Assembly (NCBI GenBank): GCA_965208575.1
Contig: CBDBOV010000004.1
Span: forward strand, 1,312,001-1,376,000
DNA length: 64,000 nt
From: Spirochaetia bacterium
GTDB lineage: Bacteria; Spirochaetota; Spirochaetia; SZUA-6; Bin103
Reading direction: 5' to 3'
A model generated the notes under the pieces. That model was given only the letters and a program-made list of their open reading frames with translations. It was not told the origin of the DNA and did not search any database. Within the stretch, counting starts at the first letter, position 1, and the number at the start of each line of letters is the position of its first letter. The position numbers and the translations under genes were made by a program. This document shows positions 52,633 through 62,749 of the stretch, one piece after another.

Positions 52633-54306
52633 TCAGTGCAACTTTATCCGCGACCGTAAGCCGGGTGGCGGAGTCCCGGTGCCGTCCCTGCAGTGCCTCG
52701 GCGAGGCGATTGCGGACCGCTGCCAGCCGGCTGCGTACCCGCCTGATGCTCTTTTCCAGGGCCCGGCGCACCGGTTCACGACCCGTGCGTCGGGCTCCGG
52801 CGGCGCAAGGTCATGGCTCGGCAGCGCGTCAAGGTTGAACTGCTCGCGCAGGTACTTGAAGAAGTTCTCCTGCGACCAGCGCGAGAACATGGCGCCGGCG
52901 ACCTGCGCCAACGGCATCTGCGGGTGCGTGGTGATCACCGCCACCTGACGACCGTTGGCCAGACGCCGCCGGATCTGGCGCACCACCAGCCCGTTGCGCA
53001 GCATGATCGGCTGCTCGGCCAGATCAACCGCAGTCGTGCTGGTGCCGGCGGGACCATGGATCGGTACCTCGAAGGTGTGGAAGTCTTCCGGCAGCCAGTC
53101 CGCGCCGTTGAAGTTCTTGTGCCAGGTGATGCAGGCGATGCCACGCCGGGCCAGGCGCTTGAACAGGTCCGGGCTCCAGCCCTCGCGGTCGAACACCAGG
53201 GTCAGCTGCGGGGTACCGGCCGGTGCTCCGGTCAGGTCGGGGGCCGCTTCGGTCACCACCCCCAGGTGCTGCAACTGCGGCACCACGTCGTGCTTGATCG
53301 CATTCACCGGCTTCGGGTCCAGCGCCTTGTGCAGGCACAGCAGCGGTGCGCCGCCGAGGGCGTTGATCCAGTAGCTCACCGACGCCGGCAGACACAGCTT
53401 CTGGCGTGCGACGAAGTGTTTCGGCAACCGCCCGTTGCGCCCGGTGTACACCTTCACGTGGCCATCCACGGCCAGCGTCGTCCAGTCGTCGTCGTGCTCG
53501 CTGGCCCAGGTACGCGCCAGTACCGATTGCCAATCGCGCACGGTGTGCTCGGCGCTGGCCAGCAGCCTGATCTTGCGGCGCAGCGTCTTGGTCTCCGGAC
53601 AGCGGTCGAGGCCGAGGATGGCGCCCCACTCGCCGGGTGCCTGGTAGCGCAGGCTCTCGGGGTTGCGCACCCGGGCCAGGGTCATGCAGGCGACGAACAG
53701 GAGGATGGTGGTCAGGCCGTAGAATCCGGCCGGCAGGCGGAACAGGCGGTTGGCGGCGGTGAGCAGGCCCTCGCGCAGCAGCATCGCCAGTGCGGCCAGC
53801 ACGCCGCCGCCAGCGACCGCGTGGGCGGGCTCGACGAACGCTGGTGTGGCCTCGGTCAGCAGGCCGGCTCTGGCGAGCGTGCGGCGTTCCACGTCGCGCG
53901 CCGCGCGGCCCATGGGCGCGTGCTTGTCGCGGGCGTCGCGGCTGGCGCGCTCAGTGGCGACCGCCGGGTCGCTGACCGCGGCGGCGGTGCTGACCGGGTG
54001 ATCAGTGGTGGTGGCCGCCGGCGCAACCTCGGCGCTGGCGGCGGGCTCCCGGGTGGGATCTGTGATGACGCCGGCGCGGCGGTTCTCGTTGAAGGTGCTC
54101 ACCGGGATGCCGAGTTCGCGAGCGCAGGCTGAGCCGCTCATCCCGGAAGCGAGCAGCTTGGCTGCCTGGTCCGCCATCTCGGCGTCGTCCACGGTGGCCT
54201 CCACGGCACCGCGCCGGCTGACTCCGGTCGGGCTACGCCCTCCGTCCGTCAGCGGGGTACAGCATCTCCTCCGCCCCGTTCGATCCCGACGGCTCCGGTG
54301 TCGCAA
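52633..54306 (-). pseudogene. Frameshifted/truncated large putative transposase
   Basis: N-terminal HTH, VDGHVKVY, FDREGWS, RWSQENFFKY; 1-nt frameshift near 52772 (VVN continues as RRALEKSIRR in another frame); C-terminus missing. Confidence 0.75.
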
Positions 54307-54454
54307 CCTCGTCGCCTACCCCGTCCCGGCGGTGGGGAATTGTCATGACCCTGCCCCGGGCAACGCACCTCGGTGCAGTTGTCCGGGGCGCCTCGCTCCG
54401 TGCGCTCCGCAGCAACCTGCGCGCCGCTCGCGGCGTGGGCGGCATCACCCGGCT

Positions 54455-54586
54455 CGGCAAATGACTTCTGAGCGTCTCTGACGCCCGTATATCCGTGAGC
54501 CAGACGGTCGGCGTCAAGAAATGTCGCCTCAGCCGCGCTGTAAGGCCTCTCCGCGACACGAGGTGGTGTCTGGACATCCCCGTGTC
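54455..54586 (+). repeat. Diverged direct repeat, copy B
   Basis: See copy A. Confidence 0.85.
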
Positions 54587-55201
54587 ACCAGCACCGAAGT
54601 CGCCTCCAGACCCGTCCGCCCCCTCTTCGGTCAGCGACACGACACGGCACCGACCACCTCCCTGCCGTTGACGCCTCCTCATCCGCGCCGACCAACCAGA
54701 TACGCCCCCGGTCGCGTTGGTGTGCTTGAATCAACCCGGCCGGTCGCCCAGCAGCCTATCCACTTATCCACAATTTATGAGTCTCCCCCCTCGCGCTCCC
54801 CCCTCGTTCTCCGCCTCCCTTTCGGTTAGATTCTTACGTGAGGCACGCTCACCGTAAGGTTAGATTTTTACGTGAGGCAATAGGTACAACTACCCTTCGT
54901 GTGGATTGTCAGTGGGGCCAATGAGGCAACCTGCCTTGATGCTCCCGATGCCGCCTGACTCTGCCCATGATCGTTCGCTTCGGCTTACACTGTGGCTCGT
55001 GGCGGACCACACGGCCTACCTGCCCACCCGACCGCCGGAAGTCGCAGCCACGCGTTCTTCGATGGGACCCGCCGCGTTCGCGACGCTCACCATCGAGATG
55101 GGACTCCTGGTGCGCGACCGCACTCTCGCTGCGACCACGGTGCTGCACTTCCAGACCCTGATCCAACAGGGCCTGCTGCACCTGCTGCCGTCTTCGTGAA
55201 T

Positions 55202-56233
55202 ATGGACCGGGGCGGTCACGACAGCGTGTCACTGTTGCGTGTGCGGGCGCGGATGAACCGGTGTGTGCGGGCGTTCTTTGAGGAAGCGGGGTTCGTGGAG
55301 GTGGAGACGCCGCTGCTGGCGGCGCGGCTGATTCCCGAGCCCTCGATCGGCATCTTTGCCACCGAGCAACACCATGCCGACGGCTCCGCCCGCGAGCTGT
55401 ACCTGACGCCGTCGCCGGAGCTGTGGATGAAGCGGCTGGTGGCGGACGGCATGCCGCGCGTGTACCAGTTGGCGCGCTGCTTCCGCAACGTGGAGGAGCA
55501 GGGACCGTTCCACCGCCGCGAGTTCACGATGCTGGAGTGGTACGCCACCGGCGAGGACTACCACGATGCGCTGGCGCGCATGGAGCGGCTGTTGGCCGTG
55601 CTGCGTGCCGAGTTGGCGGCAGCGAGCGACGGCGGCGGCGTATCCGGATGCGATGGAGGCTCTGGAGGCGACGGTGAGGCTGCCGCGGCTGCCGGCGCGC
55701 GCGCGCAGCGCGTCACGATGGCGCAGTTGTGGCGGGAGGAGGTGGGCTGCGATCCGGCGCACGCGTCGGCGCGGGACTTGGCGGCACTGGCGCGGCGGCT
55801 CGACATCCCGGCCACCGAGTCGGACACCTGGGAGCAACTCTTCAACCGCATCTTTCTGACCCGCGTGGAACCGCGCATTGCGAAGCGCCACCCGGTGGCG
55901 GTGCTCGACTACCCGGCGCGCATCCCGACCCTGGCCGCCACCGCCGGCAACGGCGTGCATGCGCGACGCTGGGAGCTGTACCTGGGCGGCGTCGAGGTGG
56001 CCAACTGCTTCCAGGAGGAGACCGATCCGGGGGCGCTCGGCGAACTGCTGGAGAGCGAGGCTCGGCGCCAGCGTACCGCCCGCGTGGTACCGCGCCCGGA
56101 TCTGGCGCTGGCACAGGCGTTCGGCTCCGTCGCCGCCTGCTCGGGAGTGGCCGTGGGCATAGACCGGCTGTATGCGCTCCTGCTCGGGTTGCCAGCCATC
56201 GCGCCGCTCATGGCGTGCGCCGACACCGGCTGA
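55202..56233 (+). CDS. epmA: EF-P lysine aminoacylase (EpmA/GenX/PoxA)
   Basis: FVEVETP, LTPSPELWMKRL, CFRN.E...H..EFTMLEWY, SGVAVGIDRL; adjacent to efp. Confidence 0.92.
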   Translation: MDRGGHDSVSLLRVRARMNRCVRAFFEEAGFVEVETPLLAARLIPEPSIGIFATEQHHADGSARELYLTPSPELWMKRLVADGMPRVYQLARCFRNVEEQGPFHRREFTMLEWYATGEDYHDALARMERLLAVLRAELAAASDGGGVSGCDGGSGGDGEAAAAAGARAQRVTMAQLWREEVGCDPAHASARDLAALARRLDIPATESDTWEQLFNRIFLTRVEPRIAKRHPVAVLDYPARIPTLAATAGNGVHARRWELYLGGVEVANCFQEETDPGALGELLESEARRQRTARVVPRPDLALAQAFGSVAACSGVAVGIDRLYALLLGLPAIAPLMACADTG

Positions 56234-56323
56234 GCGGCTCGCCGCCGGGCCGTAGCAGCCGGCCGCGGCCGGCTGCTTGAAGCGCACAGAAGCGCGCGGT
56301 TCTGGTATGCTGGGTGCGGAGAC

Positions 56324-56884
56324 ATGGTAAAAGCGGGCGCAGTGGACAAGGGCATGTATCTGCTCGTCAAGGGAACTCCCCACCTGGTGACGGAGCGGGA
56401 GTTCGTGAATCCGGGCAAGGGGTCGGCATTCGTGCGGCTGAAGCTGAAGAACATTCGCACGGGACTGGTGGTGCGGCAGGTGAACAAGAGCCAGGAGCAG
56501 GTGGAGGACGTGGAGATCGACACCGTGCCGGCGCAGTACCTGTACAGCGACGGCGACGGCTACGTGTTCATGAACGCCGAGACCTACGACCAGTTCACGG
56601 TGCCGCTGGACGGCCTGGAGGATCGCCGCCACTACCTGCTCGACGGCGAGACCTACCAGATCGTGGTGTGGGACGAGACGCCGCTGGACATCAAGCTGCC
56701 GATCAAGATGGCGCTGGAGGTGACCGACGCGCCGCACGCCGAGCGCGGCGATACCGCCACCGGCGTAACCAAGGTGGCCACCACCGCCACCGACCTGAAG
56801 GTGAAGGTGCCGCTGTTCATCAAGGATGGAGACCGCATCGTGGTGAACACCGAAACCGGGGAGTATGTCGAGCGCTCCTCGTAG
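56324..56884 (+). CDS. efp: Elongation factor P
   Basis: VNPGKGSAF, YLYSDG, GDTATG, VPLFI..GD, GEYVER. Confidence 0.97.
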   Translation: MVKAGAVDKGMYLLVKGTPHLVTEREFVNPGKGSAFVRLKLKNIRTGLVVRQVNKSQEQVEDVEIDTVPAQYLYSDGDGYVFMNAETYDQFTVPLDGLEDRRHYLLDGETYQIVVWDETPLDIKLPIKMALEVTDAPHAERGDTATGVTKVATTATDLKVKVPLFIKDGDRIVVNTETGEYVERSS

Positions 56885-58196
56885 CGCGCATGATCCGCCC
56901 GGGCACGGCGAGCCCTGGCTGCGGGATTACCTGCACAAGTCGGTCTCGTTCACGTTCGCCGGGCATACGCTCCGGTTCGCACTCTCCCAGTCGCTGTTCA
57001 GCAGCTTCGACGTCGACACCGGCTCGCGGCTGCTGCTCGCCAGCGTGGCACAGCAACTGGCCGCCGACCCCGGCGAGCGCGGCCGCCTGCGCTCGATCCT
57101 CGACCTCGGCTGCGGCACCGGCGTGCTCGGCCTGGCGCTGGCCAAGCACTACGCCGCCGACCTGACCGCACGCGACCGCGACGCCCTGGCGCTCGCGGTC
57201 ACCGCCCACAACGCCACCCGCAACGGTGTCGCCTGCCGCACCGCCGGCGGCGTGGACACCGGCAACCTGGACGGCAGCCGCGAAAGCGGACCCTTCCAAC
57301 TGGTGGTGTCCAACCTGCCGGCCAAGGCCGGCGAGCCGGTGCTTGCGCACCTGATTGCCGAGGCGGTACGGGTCACCGACCCGAGCGGGCGCGTTGCCTT
57401 GGTGGTGGTGAGCAACCTGGCCGCGCAGACCCGCCGGCAGCTCGTCGAGGTGGCCGAGTTGATCCACGAGCGCGAGGGCACCCGCCACACCGTGTTGCAC
57501 GGCCGCCCGCGTGCCGGCAATGCGACCGCGGCCACCGCGCCGGATGCCCCGTTGGCCGCATACCGGCGCCGCCACGCAGAGATGGCCATGGCCGGAATTC
57601 CCTATGCGCTGGAGACCTGCTTCGGACTGCCCGACTTCGACCGCCCGAGTCACCTGACCGAGCTGGCCGCCGCAACCATGCAGCGCCGCCTCCTCGCTGC
57701 CGGGGCGCCCTCCCCGGAAACGATCCTGGTCTGGAACCCCGGTCAGGGCCACCTGCCGGTGTGGCTGGCGCGCGCCACCGCCGCTGCCACGGCGCCGAAC
57801 ACCGAGCGGCGGCCACGCTTCACCCTGGTGAGCCGCGACGCACTGCAGCTCCTGGCCGCGCGCGCCAACCTCTGCCGCCGCGACATTCCGCCGGAAGCGG
57901 TCGCCTTCCACCACCAGGCGGCGCTGCACCGGACGACCGGCCGCCATGACCTGGCGCTGCTGCGCCCCGACGACGATCTGCCGGCCACCGCCCGCGACGG
58001 CTTGTTCTCCCAGGTGGAGCCGCTGATGAGTCCCGGCGGGCACGTCGTGCTGTACGGCGGCGCGCCTGCCATGGCGCCGCTGCTCGCACGCCGCCGCCCG
58101 TTCACGCTGGTGCGCGAGGCCCGCCGCCGCGCCCTTCGCGTTGCCATCCTCGGCGCACCGCGCGGCGCCACCTCCGATACCGATCCACACCGGTAG
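56865..58196 (+). CDS. Class I SAM-dependent methyltransferase (RsmC/MTS-like); start uncertain
   Basis: LFSSFDVDTGSRLL, ILDLGCGTG, SNLP. Confidence 0.8.
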   Translation: MSSAPRSAHDPPGHGEPWLRDYLHKSVSFTFAGHTLRFALSQSLFSSFDVDTGSRLLLASVAQQLAADPGERGRLRSILDLGCGTGVLGLALAKHYAADLTARDRDALALAVTAHNATRNGVACRTAGGVDTGNLDGSRESGPFQLVVSNLPAKAGEPVLAHLIAEAVRVTDPSGRVALVVVSNLAAQTRRQLVEVAELIHEREGTRHTVLHGRPRAGNATAATAPDAPLAAYRRRHAEMAMAGIPYALETCFGLPDFDRPSHLTELAAATMQRRLLAAGAPSPETILVWNPGQGHLPVWLARATAAATAPNTERRPRFTLVSRDALQLLAARANLCRRDIPPEAVAFHHQAALHRTTGRHDLALLRPDDDLPATARDGLFSQVEPLMSPGGHVVLYGGAPAMAPLLARRRPFTLVREARRRALRVAILGAPRGATSDTDPHR

Positions 58197-58345
58197 TTCG
58201 TTATGCTCGGGCACGTTAGCTTGGCCACCGGCTGCCTGACGATCCACTCATCCGCGGTCGATGAGACTCCTCAACGGCGTTGGGCCTTGCGTGAGCGCCG
58301 ATACCGTAGTTTGCAAACGCCCCTATCGTGTTGCCCGGTCGGGGC

Positions 58346-58765
58346 TCATATCGTCGCATGGCCAAGAGGGTTGTGTACCCAGTCCCGTTGCCGCGCCGCG
58401 GAGGTGAGAGCTCGCGCCGCGGCTCGTCTGGACGGTTTGTCGGGCAAGGCATTGAAGTCCAGGACCATGTGGTGCGACCAACCGCATATCGGGGCCTTAT
58501 TCACTGGCAACTTCTCGCTGGCTGCTTCACCCGCGGTGACGGCAACGACTCCGATTGTTGCCAACCCCTTCGATTGGTGATGGAGGTAGGCGCCACTCGC
58601 TGATGTCCCACTTCCATTGTCCACCGACGCCTCATAATTCTGCTCCCTGCTCGGGTTGAAAGCCGCGATGCTCAACTCACCCTTCACAAACCAGTGGGGA
58701 TTGACCTGTCGGAGGAGGAGCGTGTCGGTGCTTAGCTGAGAGATTGAAGGCGTTGAATCACCCAC
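58346..58765 (-). CDS. Hypothetical protein, possible ADP-ribosyltransferase/RES-like toxin fold
   Basis: LLRQ..P...AF.P...SV...GV.AV...H pattern; lower GC; GTG start overlaps the upstream gene. Confidence 0.55.
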   Translation of the reverse strand: MGDSTPSISQLSTDTLLLRQVNPHWFVKGELSIAAFNPSREQNYEASVDNGSGTSASGAYLHHQSKGLATIGVVAVTAGEAASEKLPVNKAPICGWSHHMVLDFNALPDKPSRRAAARALTSAARQRDWVHNPLGHATI

Positions 58766-59247
58766 TCCCAGTCCTGCTCGTCGTTGATGTTCAACGAACG
58801 TACCGTCTCCACCTTCGTTCGGAGGTGGAAATCGGACCATTCGGCGGGGCTTGTCCCATCAAGGAATACCTCAAGGACGGCGTTGTAGTTTCCTACCCAC
58901 CATTCTGCTTGGACATTTCCGTCCCCGGTCGGATAGAGACGCAGTTCGGGTGCGTCGAAAGGGTAGTGGCTGACAAGCTGATCTTCCAGATTCGCCAACC
59001 CCCTGGGTTCGCAAGCCTTCCCGGATCCGTCCAGCCAACCGTCCTGCAGTTGGCCCAGGTTGCAGATCTGCTCTCTGATGTCGTCTTCATGCGCCTTGGT
59101 CGACCAGATGATGATTTGATGATCCAAGGACGGGTCGAGAGGAACCGTCCCGCCTGCGTCCAAGAGTATCGTGTCGCCCATCGGAGGTAGTGGAGATTCT
59201 GGTCGCACAAAGGGCGGACGATAGCTCGGTGTGACCAAAGAACTCAT
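58732..59247 (-). CDS. Hypothetical protein (L..GW.DG...YPT.DG..Q.EW type)
   Basis: Intact lower-GC ORF; ATGA overlap with the upstream gene. Confidence 0.65.
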   Translation of the reverse strand: MSSLVTPSYRPPFVRPESPLPPMGDTILLDAGGTVPLDPSLDHQIIIWSTKAHEDDIREQICNLGQLQDGWLDGSGKACEPRGLANLEDQLVSHYPFDAPELRLYPTGDGNVQAEWWVGNYNAVLEVFLDGTSPAEWSDFHLRTKVETVRSLNINDEQDWEWVIQRLQSLS

Positions 59248-59636
59248 CGTTGCTCAGCCGTCAATCGTTGGATCAAGGGCTTCTGCACGGGCTTCTTATC
59301 AGGGGAGAGGACGGTCGTCTGGATCTCGTATTCGACGCCCGACTCCAATCCGGATACCTCCACCCCGGAGAAAGGCAGGACTACGCCGAATATCCAATCT
59401 TCTTCCCCGGCCTTCCTGATTCGTATGTCGTAGAGTACCGGCATCGGCAGATTGAATTTGTATCCCTGCTTGGGGTCGTCGATCTTCCTCAATTCGATGC
59501 CCATGAGGGTCAGCTGGAAGGCGCACTTTGCAGGGTCCCAGGAAATGCTCGGCGTGTTCTGAGTGACCGTGCCCCTGATGGGCCCATCAGCCATTGGCCT
59601 CCCCCTTGGCCGGCGTTGCCCGCTAGCCACCGCCAT
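59244..59636 (-). CDS. Small fibronectin type III-like protein
   Basis: YDIRIRKAG..DW...VSGLESGVEYEIQ FN3 signature. Confidence 0.6.
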   Translation of the reverse strand: MAVASGQRRPRGRPMADGPIRGTVTQNTPSISWDPAKCAFQLTLMGIELRKIDDPKQGYKFNLPMPVLYDIRIRKAGEEDWIFGVVLPFSGVEVSGLESGVEYEIQTTVLSPDKKPVQKPLIQRLTAEQR

Positions 59637-59719
59637 AGTGTACTACACTCGCTCGAAGTTGTGCCGTACTCGCGCCGCATGGCGACCGCATGGCGCCACG
59701 CCGAGGCGTATCGAAGCGC

Positions 59720-62700
59720 TTAGTTGGTGTCGGATTCCGGGGGGAAGTAGTTGGCGGCTTGGGCGGCCCAGGGGCTGTCGGGGAAGCGCTCCTGGAGCTG
59801 GGTCGCGAAGCGGGCGGCGGCCGCGTCGTCGCCGGCATCGCGCCATGCCTCGGCGCCGCGCAGCCATGCTTCGCCGGCCACTTCTTCGTTGTCCGCGAAG
59901 CGGATGGCGGCGGCGCCGTACTCCTCGCCGGCGGCGGCGGGGTCGCCGGAGGCGGCCAGGGAGCGGGCCGCGCCGAGCGCGCCGCGGCTCGCCACCTCGG
60001 TCTCGTCGGCCAGCGCCAGCCCGCGGTAGAGACTGATCGCGCGCGGCCAATCCTCGACCGCCTCGTAGGTGCGCCCGAGCAGCAGGTAGGCGGCGATGCG
60101 CGCAGCGTCGCTGCCCTCCTCCACCACTTCCAGCAGTACCGGCTCCGCGGCGCCGGGGTCGCCGGCGATCAGCGCCTCGCCGTACGCCAGGCGGGCCGCG
60201 TCGGCCGCGGCCGGCGTCGCCTCCACCGAACCCTGCGCCCCGGTGGCGCGGCGGTAGTAGCCGCGCGCCGTGTCCGCTCCGGCGGCGGCGACGACGGCAC
60301 GGAAGCGCTCCGCAACCTGCTCGACGCGCGCCCCGGCCGGGTGGTGGTTCAGGTAGTGCCACGCCTGCTCCGCCATGGCGGGGATGTCGTCCAGCTCCGC
60401 AAGCACCTGCACGACCGAGTAGCGTGCCAGTTCCGCTACCGGGGGTCCGGCTTCCGTGTCGCCCGCGCCGGCGGCAGCGATTGCCTGCTCGTACGCGGCG
60501 ATCGCCGGGCGCAACTCGCCGCGCATGCGCAGTGCGTCGGCGAGCTGCAGGCGTCCGATGGCGGCCAGCCGGTGGCCGGGCTGCGCGGCCGCCAGGCGCT
60601 CCAGCCACCCCTCGGCGGCGCGCAGGTCACCGCCGGCAAGCTGCAGCCGGGCCAGTTCGAACTGGATTGCGGGCCGCAGCGGGTCGCCCGGCGGTACCGC
60701 CTCCAGCGCGGCCAGGAACTCCTCCTCGGCGGCGCCACGCTCATTCAAGAGCGCCGACGCCAACCCCGCGCGATACCAGTGCGCACCGCTCTCCCGGTCG
60801 GCGGCAAGCCGCCGGAACAGCATGCGCGCCGCCTCCAGGTCGCCGTCACGAAACAGGGCCAGCGCCTGCCAGGTTCTCGCCAGGGCCGCGGAACCTTCCG
60901 CGGCCCCGGCAATCAGCTCTCCTTGCGCCTGGCGCGAGCCGTACGCTACCGCCGCCAGCCCGAACGCCGTGGCGGCGTCGGCCGGACGCCCCAGCCGGTA
61001 CAGGGTGGCCGCCTGTGCGAAGTGGGCGGCTGCCAGCCACGACCCGCTCGCCGCGGCCGTGACTTCTTCCAGCAGCGCCAGCGCCGAGGCGTACTCGCCA
61101 TTGTTGAAGTGGCTTACCGCCAGCGCGTATCCCGCGCGCCGCCGCAGCTCCCGGTCCTCTCCCGCCTCGTCGAGGGCGGCGCGGAAAAACGGCGCCGAGC
61201 GGGCGAACTCGCCGCGCCGGGCGTACACCGCCCCGATGCGGTACTGGTTCTCGGCGCGCGCTTCCGGCGGCAGCTCCGCGGCGCTCTTCGCCAGCGTCTC
61301 CAGCGCCGTGAGCTCTTCGCCGCTCTCCAGCAGCGCGATACCGCGGCGCTGTTCCTCTGCCGCCGTAAGCCGGCGCCGTTCGGCGACCTGGCCCAGGACG
61401 CGCAACAGCGCCTGCTGGTCGCCGGCGCGCTCCAGCACGTCCATCAGCAGCGCTTCCACGGCGGCGCGGTGTTCGCTGTCCGGGAACCGGTCCAGGAACT
61501 CCTGCAATGCCGCGGCGGCATCCTCGATGCGCTGCTCGCCGGCCAGCAGCACCGCGCGATTGAACAGCGCCACCTCGGTGAGGCCGGCATCCGGGCCGCT
61601 CGCGGCCTCCTCGAAGCTGGCGATCGCCTGCAGCGGCGTGCCGTTCTCCACCTGGGCGAGCGCCAGGTTGACGTTCAGCACCTGGCGCAACTCGGGCTGC
61701 GTGGCACTGCCCAGCCCGCGGTCATAGGCGGCGGCGGCCTCCACCCAGTCGCCGGCCGCCGCCGCCAGGTCGCCTTGCAGCAGCGCGACGGCCCCGGCAA
61801 CGGGCGCGGTGCCGGCCCTGGCCGAGGCGGCATCTGCCGCGCCGGCCGCGGCAGCCAGCTCGGCTGCCACCTCCTGCGCCGCGGCGAGGTTATCCCGATC
61901 GAGCAGCAGCCGTGCAAGGCGGAACAGCGCGCCCTGCCGGTGCGCGGCGCCGGGAAACAGTTCCAGGTAGCGCCGGTAGTCGGCCGCGGCGGCCTCCAGG
62001 TCGCCCTGGAAGTACTTGGCCTCGGCAACGAAAAACAGCACGTCGGCCGCCAGCGGCGAGTCGGGGTAATCGCTCAGAATACGGCGGAAACGGTCGCTCG
62101 CCGCCGCGTAGCGGCCGTCCGCCAGGAGCAGCATGCCGGCCCGCTCCAGCCACCGGGCCGGAGCGCCGGGATCGCTCTCCGCGCCGGCCGCTGTCAGCAG
62201 CGCATCGTAGGCCGCACGCGCTTCGTCACGGCGGCCCAACTGCTCGAGCGCACGCGCCTGCGCCTCGCGCGCCGCGGTCAGGTAGGGCGGCGCCGCGCCG
62301 GGGGGTTGATCGACGTGCCGCTGCAGCGCGTCCACGGCCTCGGCCGCGTCGCCGGCGGCCAGCCGTGCGGTGCCGATCCAATACCAGATCTGGTTTGCGT
62401 AGGGAGTATCGGAAAAACGGCGCTGATGGGCGGCGAATCGCTCCGCGGCAAGCCGATAGCCGTCAACGGCACCGTCGGCGGGGCCGCTCGCGGCGCCGTA
62501 GAACAGGCTCAGCGGTTCCAGGAACGAAGCCAGCACCGCCTCGCGCGCTCCCGGCGCACTGCGCACCACGTCGCGAAAGTGGCGCGCGGCAACATCGTAC
62601 AAGCCGGCCTCGAATGCCGCTACCCCCTGGTTGTACAGGTCGACCGGGGCGACCTGCGCCACGGCAGCGCTGGTGGCCGCCAGGCCGACAATCGCTGCAC

Positions 62701-62749
62701 ACAGCACACACAGCGGCGTGGCGCGGCCGCGACGCCGCCCGGCAGCCAC
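59720..62749 (-). CDS. Large exported tetratricopeptide-repeat protein (BamD/YbgF-like repeats)
   Basis: Signal peptide; many TPRs with YPDS/FPDS/FPG motifs. Confidence 0.88.
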   Translation of the reverse strand: MAAGRRRGRATPLCVLCAAIVGLAATSAAVAQVAPVDLYNQGVAAFEAGLYDVAARHFRDVVRSAPGAREAVLASFLEPLSLFYGAASGPADGAVDGYRLAAERFAAHQRRFSDTPYANQIWYWIGTARLAAGDAAEAVDALQRHVDQPPGAAPPYLTAAREAQARALEQLGRRDEARAAYDALLTAAGAESDPGAPARWLERAGMLLLADGRYAAASDRFRRILSDYPDSPLAADVLFFVAEAKYFQGDLEAAAADYRRYLELFPGAAHRQGALFRLARLLLDRDNLAAAQEVAAELAAAAGAADAASARAGTAPVAGAVALLQGDLAAAAGDWVEAAAAYDRGLGSATQPELRQVLNVNLALAQVENGTPLQAIASFEEAASGPDAGLTEVALFNRAVLLAGEQRIEDAAAALQEFLDRFPDSEHRAAVEALLMDVLERAGDQQALLRVLGQVAERRRLTAAEEQRRGIALLESGEELTALETLAKSAAELPPEARAENQYRIGAVYARRGEFARSAPFFRAALDEAGEDRELRRRAGYALAVSHFNNGEYASALALLEEVTAAASGSWLAAAHFAQAATLYRLGRPADAATAFGLAAVAYGSRQAQGELIAGAAEGSAALARTWQALALFRDGDLEAARMLFRRLAADRESGAHWYRAGLASALLNERGAAEEEFLAALEAVPPGDPLRPAIQFELARLQLAGGDLRAAEGWLERLAAAQPGHRLAAIGRLQLADALRMRGELRPAIAAYEQAIAAAGAGDTEAGPPVAELARYSVVQVLAELDDIPAMAEQAWHYLNHHPAGARVEQVAERFRAVVAAAGADTARGYYRRATGAQGSVEATPAAADAARLAYGEALIAGDPGAAEPVLLEVVEEGSDAARIAAYLLLGRTYEAVEDWPRAISLYRGLALADETEVASRGALGAARSLAASGDPAAAGEEYGAAAIRFADNEEVAGEAWLRGAEAWRDAGDDAAAARFATQLQERFPDSPWAAQAANYFPPESDTN

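Larger units (their letters stand above)
51090..54884 (+). mobile_element. Composite IS/transposon bounded by double inverted repeats
   Basis: Left ATTGACTCATCGAAAATCTAACC-N12-TGCCTCATCTAAAAATCTAACCGAA; right (reverse complement) ATTGCCTCACGTAAAAATCTAACC-N12-TGCCTCACGTAAGAATCTAACCGAA; TACAA(C) on both outer flanks. Confidence 0.85.

Noticed and set aside
54756-54790. Replication origin
   Set aside because: Only one perfect DnaA box, inside an IS, with no dnaA/dnaN nearby.
54906-55199. 97-aa ORF, or an N-terminal extension of epmA from 54992
   Set aside because: No motif or RBS; EpmA homology begins at about 55202.
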